The position numbers and the translations under genes were made by a program. From Camelus dromedarius (Eukaryota): DNA of 64,000 nt. Below, piece after piece: positions 13,074 to 25,700 of the stretch (positions are counted from its first letter, which is position 1; the number at the start of each line of letters is the position of its first letter). The stretch covers positions 25,854,001 to 25,918,000 of the forward strand of contig NC_087442.1 of NCBI RefSeq assembly GCF_036321535.1. The letters are read 5' to 3'. Under the pieces are notes generated by a model. The model was not told the origin of the DNA, did not search any database, and saw nothing but the letters and a program-made list of their open reading frames with translations.

Positions 13074-13443
13074 TTTTATTGAAATGTTGTTCAGTTACAG
13101 TGTTGTGCTAGATTCTGAGCTACAGATTCAGTCATACATTTAAATATATATATATTTTTTCATATTTTTTCATTATAGGTTATTGCAAAATATTAAATAT
13201 TGTTTAATATCTGTGCTATACAGTGGGACCTTGTTATTTATCTATTTTATATATAGTAGTTTGTGTCTACAAATCCCAAACTCCCAATTTATCCCTCCCC
13301 CCAGTTTCCCCTTTGGTAACCGTAAGTTTGTTTTCTGTGTCTGGGAGTCTGTTTGTGCTTCGTAAATAAGTCCATTTGTGTCATTTTGTTTTTCTTTTTA
13401 GATCTCACATATAAGTGATATCATATGGCATTTGTCTTTCTCT
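13074..13443 (-). mobile_element. L1 3' end, cetartiodactyl type, antisense
   Basis: tttattgaaatg...cattataggttattgcaaaatatt...tgtgctatacagtgggacc...ccctttggtaaccgtaagtttgttttctgtgtctg...cacatataagtgatatcatatgg. Confidence 0.85.
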
Positions 13444-14329
13444 TTCTTGGGAGGGGGCTCACAGTTAGAAGCATGAATTCAGCAGGAGAAAACAAACATG
13501 AAAATCTAACTTTGTTTTTTGATATCTGTAGAAATACCGGGAACAGTGTCAATACTGAAAAAAAAAAAAGTATATTTGAAGTGTTTACATGCCTGTGCAT
13601 GCATACTAGGCTGCCAGCTGAGACAGGTGGTAAGCCCATTCAGAAATTTCAAGCCAGAGCTCCTTTGGGAATAATGTGCTATTGTGCCTGCGAGCTCCAA
13701 GTCAGAGAGGGCTTTTTCCCTTACAGCTGGTGTCAGGCTTCGTAATGAATCACTTGCCTCTTTATATTTTTGCTCTTCTTACTTTGTTGGAGATTACTGG
13801 CCGTGATTGATGGCTGCATGCAACGGGTAAAAGCAGAAAATAGCTGCTCGAGAGTAAAACAACAGGAAGAAAAATGCCGCACGCTATTTCTGCCTCAGGT
13901 TTCCAGCTAAACCAGTCAGTTATGCTTGCCCCAGAGAGGGAATTTAGTTTCCTGTTTTGTCCTTCAGATACTATTGGCTTCACTCATAATAACCAGATCA
14001 TGCTGTAAATCAAGGAAAATAGTGTCTCCTAAACTAGCAAAGGCTTTTAAGCTAGACTGAATATGGCTCCATTTTCAAAGGGTGTTTCAGATGGTAAGAA
14101 CAGTATCATCTTATATGTTCACTTTCTACATATGGGTACTGCATTGCATAATTTTATTTTTAGTATTGATCATGATTCTAATTAATTAGCTACTTACTAG
14201 TCATTTGTTTATTGACAGTCTTATGTGCTAAACTAAGCCCCGAGTGAGTAGGGACAGATCCATCTTGCTCATTATCCCGGTCACCTAGCACATGTGAGAT
14301 GCTTACTAAATATATTATGTACTTCGTTA

Positions 14330-15290
14330 TTAAAAATGTATGCATTCCTATGAACATACGAGGAAGAGGTAAGAGTAACAAGATAGCAAGTGATGTAGAA
14401 GTTTGGAGGAGGAGACATTTGCTTTTTTGTCTCAGGAGGGGAGCTTACAGCAGGCTACAAAGCAGTGATGATGTTTGAAAACAAAAGAGCAATGGAAAGA
14501 TTGAGGGGCTTAGAAGCATAGAAGATATTTGGATAGATTAGACTGTTGGAAGCAGAGGGCTGATTTGTGGAAGTTGTTGGAAACCATGCTGGAAAAAGCA
14601 GATTAGGATCTGTTGGTCCAAAGGTTTGTGTAACAAACCAGAGGATTTAGTTTCTGTTTAGTCAGAACGGAAGTCAGCAAGGCTTTTCTGCAGGTGAGTA
14701 CCATGATCAGGGTGAGACAGTGGGAAGTCTAATCTGAGAACAATGGGAAAGGTTTGTTGCAGTGTGAAGGGGGAAGCCAGGAGTGGCATTAGAATGCTAT
14801 TGTTACAGTCCAGAAAGTACATAAGAGTATGAAGTATGGTAAAGGAGGAGCATTTGAACTTGGGAGAGTGATGACTTGGAGGTTTTAAACATTAATTAAC
14901 AGGCCAGTCATGGCACTGTTAGCAAAAATATGAAAAACCAAACGATGAACAAGTTTGGATGACAAGATAATGAATTTAGTCCTAATCATGTTAGGTTAGA
15001 GGCACTGATAGGCCACTTGTTTAGAAAGTTGGACAAAGCAATTAGAATTTCAGAGTTGTACATCTTAGTGGGAGAGCAGTACAGGATAACAGAGACTGCT
15101 AACAGGAGGAGCAGTGGATGGATCACATGGGTTGGAGGTGAAGGTCATTGGGTCATCGGAGATAAGAAGGTGAAGTTCTTGAGTGCCGAGTAGTCTGGGG
15201 GTAAAGGGTGAGTCAGAGGAGGAGACAGACACAGAAGAACTCTTTACTTGTTTCCCAACTCCTAGGATCCCTTCTGGCTATCTAGAACTG
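14330..15290 (-). mobile_element. L2 LINE fragment
   Basis: Purine-rich text typical of antisense L2 (gaatgctattgttacagtccag, ggatgacaagataatgaatttagtcc, aggtgaaggtcattgggtc). Confidence 0.6.
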
Positions 15291-15309
15291 ATGGGAACTA
15301 GGAATGAAA

Positions 15310-15790
15310 TGTAATAAACCACTAAATATTTATATAGCTTTTTATGCCTACAAGCTGCATGACTGCAGGACTGATGTCCCCACTCCTTTCTAAGATAATC
15401 AAGATTCCTGAATGGCTCCTCTTACTGCCCCTCCTTAGTCTATCACCTGCCACTTGTGCCTTTCTTTTTACTTTGTCCTGGGTCTTAGGTCTGAGCCACC
15501 CTCTCAGGTCCAGGCTGCAGTCTCTGTGGGCACTGACCTGCTGCTCAGAGCTCACCACAATTGCGGGCTCCCACATTGGGTCATTTCCCTGCATTGAAAA
15601 CACCGCCTGCAGCCCTTCCCTCGGGTCCCTTGGCAGTTGCTCTGTCTTTATCAGAGTTTGGCACTGCAGTCACTCTTCTCTAGAGCTTTCAATGGATGTC
15701 TTCATTACATCACACACTACCCATGTGGCTTTCAGGGTCGTATGGTAATGCCCAAGCCGTGAGAAAGTGTTCTTAAGGGCAACTAGCTGT
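15310..15790. mobile_element. Probable old ERVL/MaLR-type solo LTR, family not determined
   Basis: GC-richer block ending in ...gccattacaca and lying between two L2 pieces. It carries the opposing ORFs 15322-15603 and 15344-15748, which show no protein homology I recognise. Confidence 0.35.
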
Positions 15791-15829
15791 ACTCATTGCC
15801 ATTACACAAGGAACCCCAGTGCCTGATTC

Positions 15830-16290
15830 GTGACTCCATTCACCATTTCTAATTAATGCCAATTAAAATGCAGATCACTTTCCGAGAGACCTTGGATTTT
15901 CCCTCTGATGACTGTCTTGCCTCAGGGTCTTCCCATTACACTTTGGCTCCATTCCCAGGAAAGCTACTAGAGGCATGGTCTCTGGTGGCCACCTTGATAT
16001 TTCTGTCTCGCCCCGTTATTGGAGAATCTCCAGCCCGGTGGAGGTCCAGATGACTCTCCCTCCCTTACCTGGTGGGTGGATCTGTTCACAGGGCATGTCA
16101 TCATCCTTGATCCTGAGCTCAGAGCTATAATAAACTCTAGACTCATTGTTAGTTCACCCCACCATATCATCACAATACCGAAGGATATAAGAACTTGAAA
16201 ACTTCATTCAGACAGGAATTGATGAGGTGAAAAAGCTGAAAATTCTGGAGAGCCAGAGAAACTGATCCAAGGTAGAGCTGTATACAGAGG
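15830..16290 (+). mobile_element. L2 fragment
   Basis: cattacactttggctccattcccaggaaagctactagagg...tgacaac resembles sense-strand L2 ORF2/3' text. Confidence 0.45.
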
Positions 16291-16299
16291 CTCAAATGA

Positions 16300-16790
16300 C
16301 AACCTCAGGACCTGGATTCTCTCTGCACATCTGAACTTACTTCCTGTCCTTTCCATTTCCAGACAGACTCTCTCACACAAGTGGAGACATGGCTACCATA
16401 TGCATTGAACCAATACCCTCCCAGCCTCAAATTCAAGGAAAAAGGAGGTCTCCCATCTTCCATTAGAAAGTTCACATTAGGCGCGAATAAGTTCTTGACA
16501 GTTCCTGAATCGATCACTGTTGTAGGGGAATGAAAGTTACTAATTAACTTAGTCTGGGTCACATGCCAGACTCTAGAGCTGGGCACAGGGGTAGCCCCAG
16601 AAGGAATTAGATCAGTCTTACCAAAAAATAAGAGACGGATGCTGAATTTCTCCAACCTGACACATACCTACTACAACTACCATGTGCCTTTGTCCTGTGG
16701 CATACTGGTGGACACCCACTGAGTGGATATTGTCCACCTACACCTGGAAAGCTGTCCCATGTCCATACGCCCAGAATTCTGAGATAACCT
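16300..16790. mobile_element. Old MaLR LTR (MLT1J/K-like)
   Basis: ccagacagactctctcacacaagtggagacatggctacc...ttcttgacagttcctgaatcgatcactgttgtagggg...tgggtcacatgcc. Confidence 0.5.
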
Positions 16791-17939
16791 GTTACAGATT
16801 CATTTTTATTTATCAATAATGAGTTTATACTAGGTTCACTGTCTTGTAAACCAGTTTTTTTTTATTTCAGCAATATATCATGACCATCTTTTCATATGGA
16901 TATATATAATTATATATAAACCCTTTTTTTATTTTATAAGAATCTTTTGGAAAGATTGTCATAATTTATTCAACTATACCCTCTCCTTATTGTTAAACAG
17001 TTGTGTTTTTTTTTTAATTTCAAATAATTATAAATAGCTCAGCAATAAATATTCATATAGCTGATACTTAAGGACATATTCTTCGTTGCCTCCTTAGAAT
17101 GAACTACTAGACGTGGAAAGTTGTGACCGAGGTATACAGCTTTCTAAGGCTCTTGTTACATACTGACAGTATGGTGCAGTTTCTCTCTCTTTCACATACA
17201 CACACACATTCATAGTACACTGTTGGTTCATACTAAATTTGAGGTCATTATTTCTTTTTAACACATGTAAACTTCTGCTAAGCTAAGTATTCTCATTCAA
17301 GTGCAAAAGCCATCCAGAAACTTCAATCTCTTAAGACTTTCCAAATCCTTTTTCTGTACTGCATCCAGTCGAGGTTTGTGTTATCTGTAAATTACATAAG
17401 CAGGCCTTCCTTCAGTATCTTTATCCAAGTCTCTGTTAAAAATTCTAAACTGTGCACAAGCAAGGCCTTGTTGCAGTCTACAAAAGTCTCCTTCTATGTT
17501 GATACCAAATTGGTAGAACTTTAGAATCTTTGCATTTTAGAGTAGGAAATCAGCTCAGAATGAAGTAGCCCAAGTGCTTATTTTTTTAAACCAATTAGGA
17601 AATAGACTCAAAGAAATTTAGTAATGTTTACAAGGTCACACAGTGAGAATGATAGAGATATAAAATGTTACTGTTGTTTGTTTTTAATTCTACTCCCCTT
17701 CCTCCCTACTCTCCAACTGTTTTATCCAAAATTATGTCATTGGAGGATTCATCACATACATCATTGAAAATCAAGACATTTTATGTCAATGACATTTTCT
17801 TCTCAACACATCAGCAGAAACAAAGTCAAAGTGACATGACTTATTTTTTAGTGTTCCTATGGTAGCTGTTCCATTTATTAATTCAACCAACATTTTCTCC
17901 CTGTGCTAAGGAGTATATATATATATACCCCCCTTCCTA

Positions 17940-18760
17940 GCTTGAAGGGCAACAAAAATTAGTTGGATGGGACCTTGGTGTCCCACACCTTTTCAGTTGA
18001 GGTGGGAGGAATGTTGAGTCAGTTGCCTTTTCTTTGTCATCTGTGACCATTACATAATATGCCCTGAGACTCTATTTGACTATTTCTCTCTCTGTCTTTT
18101 TTTTTTTTTAATTTGAAACACGTCTTTAAATTTACTTTGGAGGCTCATCTTGTTCAGTGTGGACTTTTGTCTTCCTGATACTATTCATACAAGTTCACGC
18201 TAATCTTAGCTTAGCCTTGGTCATGTGCCCACGTTCTGTGGCTTGTCCTAGTCTCTTTTAGAAGTTGTCTTTAGTTGCCTCCCTCCATACAATTTTAAAT
18301 GAGGATTTTAAAATGATCACTTAGGTAAGATTCTTTCCCTCCAGCCCATCCTAGATCATCCCTATTATCACAAAGCCCATCCCTTTATAATAGCATATTT
18401 TTGCCCTAAACTTTTGAAATACCTTTTCTAAAAGTGAAGCAGAGTTTTCCATTCCCATACCTTACTGTTACTTGGTAATAATCATTGTTACCAAGTTTTG
18501 GGCAGCATTGTAGCCTCTATCCAACATTGTTGCCATGTCTACATGGTCAATTTGTTCTTCAGTAATGGTTAAGGTTAGGTAGAGTTTTTCTTCTTCTGAA
18601 TGGACCACAGTTGTCTGGAGGGTTCTTTTCCATTTCTGGTATTTCTCAGCAGTGTCTGTGATGGGGTGTATAAATCTGTGTAAGTCAGCAGTTCAGTCCT
18701 GCAAAGCTCACTTAGCTGTTGACATAGTTCTCCACAATCAGCTTTATTGGTAATTAAGTT
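17940..18760 (-). mobile_element. CR1/L3 LINE ORF2 fossil (endonuclease-to-RT linker)
   Basis: Minus strand gives LTLTITEEQIDHV (cf. LDLILTNKEELVGEV), FRKG.FQKFRAKI (cf. FRKADFKKFREKI), IRKTKVH (cf. VRKAKAQ) and MVTDDKEKA (cf. VTDDEEKAE), in the correct order. Confidence 0.75.
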
Positions 18761-19287
18761 TACCCTCTTTGTGGTATCTATGTGTTGTTTCCTTTTCTAT
18801 TTGCGGTCTCTGTCTAGCTCTGCCCTCTCTTAGCTCAGGCAGGGAAGCAGAGATGTTACCTCTTGAGCTCTACCACACCCAACACCTGGGAACCATGTTT
18901 GAAGACACTGACTATAACTCCAATGCCTGTGCTAAAAGCATGTTAGCCTCCCACTGTGAAGTTCCTTAAAGATAGCTCTGAGGAACTGTGTGGCAGTAAA
19001 ATGGGGAAAGTTCTAGTTGGTGGAGAGGAGGAAAAGGAGCTAACAATGGAAATAAAGGGGGAAGAAAAAGATGGACAGTGAGAGATGATACAGGAACTTA
19101 CAGAAAACACACAATTCAAATGGGTTATAGATTGTACATGTGGGGATTTTGATGGTAAAAATAAGTGAGATGGAAAGGTAGCCAGAAAGGCTATTAGGAC
19201 AATAGAAGTTCTAATCGTTTTTTTTTAAGATAAAGGATATTGATAGGAGGAAAGAGTCCATGAAAGGGACTGAAAATGTTACAAAGG

Positions 19288-19289
<2 letters not shown>

Positions 19290-19354
<65 letters not shown>
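19290..19354. repeat. (TG)n microsatellite with one interruption
   Basis: Directly visible, about 30 units. Confidence 0.95.
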
Positions 19355-19357
<3 letters not shown>

Positions 19358-19962
19358 GAGAGAGAGAAGGAGGGGGAGCATCTTCTATCAATGTTTCCTA
19401 CAGTAATTTAAAAACTCAGATTCTTTACTGGACTCAGGGATCTGTATGTTAACACCTGGTGGTTTCTAAGCACACTGAAGATCTTAATCTTTATTTAGAA
19501 CTTTACTTAGAACTATTATCTCAGCACATTGGAAAGGGATGGAATTTAGTGTTTCCTGGCAAGAGATGAACTTTAAATAAGAGGTAAATGTCTTTTGACA
19601 CTAGTTGGAATGATGAGAAGATAGAAATATGTTTAGTACACGGTGTAAAAAAGGTGTATGAAAAGAAGGGCAAGAAGACCTGTGTTACTTTATGGTGCCT
19701 GATTTTTCACTTCTGTTATTCATTTCAGGAGATAACTTTCTCTGTGTATTAGTCTCTGTGCTGGATACTTTACTACTGTTCTGTGGCTTAATCCTCAATG
19801 GTCACTCTCTATATAGACATTATTATCCCTCTTTTGTCTTGAAAAAACTAAGGCTTATAGAAATTGAGTAACATGTCAGGATGACACATCCAAGTACTGG
19901 TTGAACCAGGGTCTAGTGTCAAGTGAATCTGTCTCCAGATCTCCAGCTTCTTTAGCTTAAGG

Positions 19963-20281
19963 TAAGGGTCATGAAACTTTTTCTGTAAAAGGCCAGGGAG
20001 TAAAGGTTTTAAGTTTTGTAGGCAACTACTCCACTCTACTATTGACGTGCAAAAGCAGATACAGATAATAAGTAAATGGTAAGCATACCCAGTTCCAGGA
20101 AAGCTTTATTTGCGGACGCTGAAATTTGAATGTCATGTAATTTCCATGCGTAACAAAATATTTTCCTTCTTTCAATATTTTTTTCAACCATTTAAAAATG
20201 TAGAACCCATTTTTACCTCGTAGGCTGTTTAAAAACAGATGGCGGACCAGATTTGGTCCACGAGCCATGGTTTAGCTCCTG
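19963..20281. mobile_element. MER58B-like hAT-Charlie MITE
   Basis: aagggtcatgaaactttttctgtaaaaggccag...gctgaaatttgaatgtcatgtaatt...aaccatttaaaaatgta...aaaacagatggcggaccagatttggtccacgagccatggttt. Confidence 0.85.
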
Positions 20282-20295
20282 GCAGAGGGCGCTGG
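20278..20295 (+). promoter_or_regulatory. Candidate CTCF site
   Basis: CCTGGCAGAGGGCGCTGG is close to the CTCF core CC(A/G)(C/G)(C/T)AG(A/G)(G/T)GGC(A/G)C. Motif only; binding not shown. Confidence 0.5.
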
Positions 20296-20504
20296 CTCAC
20301 AAATTCACACTCTCACAGCATCCATCCAAACATAGGAACTAAGCTTATCCAATCGGGGTAAAAACTAAGGCTGATAGTGTGAAGTAAAAGTCTGAAATAA
20401 TTACTGTTTTTCAGAGGTAAAACATGACTCTGTCTTAGTTCTGTATAATTTTGCATCTTCTGATCCTGGACCAGAAAAGGCAAAAGCAGGCTTATAATGG
20501 GGGC

Positions 20505-20904
20505 TGTGTTGCCTAATATTTATTTGTTTTTCCAACTTCACATTCCATGCTGCTCTGAGCCCGAGGAAGTTGACCTGAATAGGTGCCTCCTTATTCTCTA
20601 CTAAGGTCCCTTATCCTCCCTAAAAAGTCCATGCAGGTTGGATGTTGGCTCCAAGGTTTCAGCTCCTTTTCAGGTGTCCCTCTTTGCAGGACACCCTTCT
20701 CCCAGGTCTCAGGAACCACTGTCCACCTTGCTACTTCCGGGTATGGGGGGTGCCTGAGTCCTGCGCTACTAGCCACTAGGCACCGCACTGTCCCTCATGT
20801 TTTTCCACATCTTCCTCACACCTTTGTGTACAGTCCTTTTATTGATCGCTTCCCACAGTACACAATTGGAATGCACTCTGTTTCCTGTGAGGCTCTTTGA
20901 TACA
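20505..20904 (+). mobile_element. ERVL solo LTR (LTR33/LTR40-like)
   Basis: Ends ...aatgcactctgtttcctgtgaggctctttgataca, resembling the gagtgtgccatctgtttcctg...ctgataca terminus. Confidence 0.5.
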
Positions 20905-21029
20905 GAGAGCGTGATTGGCTTTTTAAGACACTTCTGCACTGTGTCTCATCCTCTGCAGGAAAAAAAAAAAGAAACCAAACCAAACCAAAACCATTACTTC
21001 CTTTGCGTCCACATTGTACCTTGTAATAT

Positions 21030-21425
21030 ATTTTTAACAGCTTTGTTGAGGTTTAATTGACATATGATACCCTGCACATATCTAAAGTGCACATTTTAGT
21101 AAGTTTTGATATATGTGTGTTTCCAGGAAATCATCACCACAATCAAGATAATGAGTATATTCATCTCACTTAAACGTTTCCTTGTGCCCTCTTGTAATCT
21201 CTCCCTACTGTGCCCCACCTTTGGCCCCATCCCCAAGCAATCATTGATCTACTTTCTGTTGTTAAATTTTCTTTTATGTTTTTAAGAATTATTTATATCT
21301 GGAGAATCATTTCAGTGTGAACTCCTTTTTTTTTTTTGGTCTGGCCCCTTTCTCTTGGCATAGTTGTTTCTTGTAATATGTTCAGTCATTGTATTAGTCA
21401 GTGTTTATTGCCTGCACATGCCAGC
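21030..21425 (-). mobile_element. L1MB-type 3' end, antisense
   Basis: ttttaacagctttgttgaggtttaattgacata...catcaccacaatcaagataatgagtatattcatc...aaacgtttccttgtgccc. Confidence 0.8.
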
Positions 21426-22755
21426 ATATCCATTTGCCCCTGTTTAGACTTCAAGTCCTTCAAGGTATGCTAACTTGTCACTATACCCCTAGGAAGTAGT
21501 GCAGTAGTTACTTGTCATAGAGAAGACACTCGGTAATTATGGAAGGAAGGGAAAAAGGGAGGTGTGGGATGGCAAGTGACCTCCATCCCCTGAGAGCTAT
21601 TTGCTTCTCTAGCAATGAAATTTCTTACGTGCCTTCTGTGGACAGTGCTTAATAATCTGTTCATAGTTGAAGGCTGTCAGTAGGATTGGCCCCCAGGCAG
21701 AAGATGAAGCAGGTGAGTTTCTTGCTCTTTTACCTGGGCGCTGTTGTCCTGCCCACCTCATCAGTCCTCTCATCCCCTCTGCAGGATCCAGAAATCCACC
21801 TCCGTCTGAGGTGTCTAAGTGATGTGCCAGCTTCTCACCATCCAGGCCAGCAGAGGAAAGAGGAGAAGTGGAGAGGGGTCTTCTGGGGAGGAGTGATGAG
21901 GTTAGACAGTGTGGGATTCCAGAGCTGAAGCAGAAGTAGTCTTGCATACGTGCATGTGATTTGGGGTAAGGGTGTGGGTCACGTACTCCCATACAGACAC
22001 TGTCCCAGGAGAAATGATTAGAAATTGTACCTTCAAAGCTTCTTTCTCTGTCATTTTGGGCTGACTCTATGGAATCTGAAGGACTATGAGGACCTTTACT
22101 GAGAGCTAAGTAGTGTGTGTGATTCCTTCCTTGTAGGTTTCTGAACCACAAGACAACGAGCTTGATTATGCAGGAAAGCACAGGCCTTGAGAAATCAGCT
22201 CTGGCTTCAGGCTACAGTGAGTACAAGAATTGATTTGGTTGAAAATCCTGTGATTGAATCCTCTTCCTTCCTCCAGATCTGAGATGTATGTAGATCTTAG
22301 CCCATTCGAGTTTGGTGGAGCCTGGGAAATCCCTCCTCTGCTATGTTCCCTTCTCCCGTGGGTTTATTAACACCTATTCAAATCGTACCTCTATTCTGGG
22401 ACAGAGATTTACATAGAGCCCTTATAGGATTAAAAAGATAAGAAATTCCAGTTGCCTCTTCCATCTCCTCTGCTCCGTGGTCTTCTGTCTTGTTCGCTTG
22501 TTAACAGAGTCAAGACTGATTATGTACACTGTAGTGTGATGGAGTTTCAGAGACAAGCCCAGGCTTGCTGGGCCAGCAACCAGGTGACTCCCAAGGGGTC
22601 CTGGTGCTGAAGGAGTATGTGTAACTGAAATCCCAGGCTACAGTTTTCAAGAGTGTTGCCTCTAATTTCTTTTAACTGTGTAGATATAATAGTTCATACA
22701 AGGACTAAATAGATTTGCGAGCTAACCTGGAAAGTTAACCACCATGTATGACGTG

Positions 22756-25700
22756 TTTTAGAAGATTCCTTCTATTCCTACTTTGCTAAGAGATTTCTTG
22801 GAAAATAGGAATGGATGTTGTGTGTTTTTCAAATGGTCTTCCTGAGTCATTGAGATGATCGTATATATATGTTTTTCTCTTTTGATTGTTGATATGGAGA
22901 GTAACACTGATGGATTTTTGAATGATAAATCAACTTTGCATTTCTGGAATAAACTCCATTTGGTCTTCACATATTATCCTTATGTTGTTATATTTGATCT
23001 GAAACTACTTTGCTGAGGATTTTTGCATCTATATTCATGGGGGACACCTCTCTCTGTCCTTTCTGTTATGTCTTTGTTTAGTATCACAGTATTGTTGGCC
23101 TCATTTAGAAGAACTGGAAAGTATTCACACTTTATCAGTTTTCTGCAAGAGTTTGTGTAGAATGGTAATTCTTCCTTCAGTGTTTGGGAAAATTCACCAG
23201 TGAAGCCTTCTGTGCCTGGAGTGTTTTATGTTGTTGTTGGTGGTGGTGTGTGTGTGTGTGTGTGTTTTAGTGGGAGGGTGTGTAACAACAAACTCAATTT
23301 AATAGACATAGGGAGGCCATTCAGGATAGCAAAGCTTATTTTTGAGTGAGCTTTGTTAGTTTGTGTCTTTCAAGTTATTTGTCCACTTTATCCAAGCTGT
23401 TGAATTTACTGGCATAAACTTGTCTGTAATATATCTTTACGCTTTTAATATATTTAAAATACGTGGTGATATAACTTCTTTCTTTCCTAATGTTGATAGT
23501 TTAAATTATCTCACTTTTCCCCCTTGTCTGACTAGAGAAAAACTTGACTAGAGTTTATCAATTTACTGGTATTCACAAAGAACCAGCTTTTGATTTCATT
23601 GAGTTTCTCTATTATTTTTGTTCCCAATCAGATTGATCCACACTGATATTTATTATTGTCTTCCATCTTCTCAATTAAACTTGTGCCACATTTCTAGTTT
23701 TTTAATTGGAAGCTAGATCATTCATTTGAGACCTTCTCTCTTTTCTAATACATGCATTTAGTATTATAAATTTTCTTCTAAGTACTGCTTTAGATGCAGC
23801 CCATAAATTTTTATATGTTGTATTTTCATTTTAATTGAATGAAAATTTCTGATTTCTCTTTTGACCCATAGGTTATATAGAGGTATGTTATCTAGTTTCC
23901 AAATATTTGGGGATTTTTCCAGAGGGCTTTCAGTTATTGATTAGTAATTTACCACATTGTAGTCAGAAGACATACTTGTATGACTTGAATTTTTTTAATT
24001 TATTGAAATATTTATTATGACCTAGAATATGGCCTGTTTTGGAAATATGATGTATGCAAGAAGATGAGAGCATATATTCTGTTGTTGGGTATAATGTTCT
24101 ATAAATGTCAACTATGCCAGTTGGTTAATAATATTGTTCAAATTTTCTGTATCCTTATTGAACTTTTCTCTGCTTATTCTATTAAGTATTGAGAGAAGAG
24201 ATTGAAATCTCCTACTATTGTGGCTTTTGTCTATGTCTCATTTGCAGCTTTTTCAGTTTTCATTTCATGTAGTTTGAAGTTCTCTCATTATGTGTATAAA
24301 TTTCTAGGACTGTTACATCCTTCCAATGAATTGATCTATTTATCATTAGGAAATGCCTTTCTTTACATCCTTGTTCTGAAATCTACTTTTTCTGATATTG
24401 ATATAACGATTTCAGCTTTCTTTTGATTAGTGTTCGCATGGTATATCTTTTACTGTCCTCATACTTGTAACCTGTTTGTGCTTTTATATCTGAAATGCAT
24501 TTCTTACAGGCGGCATATTGTTGTGGCTTATTTATTTATCCAATTGGAAAGCCTCTGCTTATTAAATGAGGTGTGTAGGCCAGTTACATATTTTTATTTT
24601 TTAATATAGTTTGGTTTAAGTTTATCATTTTGCTACTTGCTTTCTATTTCTCCCATCAGTTCTTTATTCCTTTTCCGTCGTTTTCTGCCTTCTTTGGGAT
24701 TAACTGAACAGTTTTTGTAATTTAATCTTAATTCATTTGTTGGCCGAATGGCTGTAAATATTCTGTTATTTTAGTGAATATTTTAAAGATTAAAGATTAC
24801 ACGTCTTTAGCTCATTACATTCTACCTTCGGATAATATTATACCATTTAATCAATAGTATAAGAACCTTATAACTATGTGCTTCCGCTTCTTCTGTGCCA
24901 GCCATTGAACTAACAATACATATTCTACTTTTATATATGTTATAAACCCCATGATACATGCTTTCTACTTTTGTTTAAAGAAATAGTATCTTTTAAAGAG
25001 CTTTACATAATAGCAAAAAAAAAAAAAAACCCTCATTTTTCACTCATGTGGTTATAGTTTCTGTCGCTCTTCCTTCCGTGTGCAGATCAGGTTTTTTTCT
25101 GGTATCATTTTGTTCTGCCGGAGGTCTTTCTTTAACACGTCTTGTAGTGCATGATGTGTTTGTGATGAATTCCTTCAAACTTTTGTATCTCTGTAAGTCT
25201 TTCTTTTGCCTTTGTTCTTGAAAGATTTGTTCTAAAGTGGGCTTTTTCTTTCAGTATAATAAAGATACTGCTCTACTGTCTTCTCACTTGCAATGTTTCT
25301 CGTAAGAAATTTGCCTTAATCCTTATCTTTTTTTCCCTCTTACACAGTGTGTCATTTTTTTTCTCTGACTGCTTTTAAGATTTTTTGCTTCTCACAGGTA
25401 TTGAGCCATTTAATTACAATGTGCCTTGAGGCAGTTTTCTTTATGCATGTCATACTCAGACTTACTGAGTTCTTCAATCTATACAATTATAATTTTCATC
25501 AAATTTGGAATATTTTTAGGCATTATTTCTTGAAAAATTATTCAGTTCCATCCTCCAGCTCTGCTCCTTCTATGACTCCAAATACATGTATATTAGGCTG
25601 TTTAAAATTGTCCCACAGCTTACTGATGTTTGTCACTTCTTTTTTGTTTCCCTTTGTTCTACATATTTCATTTCTGACAACTTCTGTTGCCATGTCTTCA

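Noticed and set aside
14690-14700. Perfect splice donor CAG|GTGAGT (also CAG|GTAAGT near 2125)
   Set aside because: Both lie inside old LINE fragments without a convincing upstream acceptor or reading frame.
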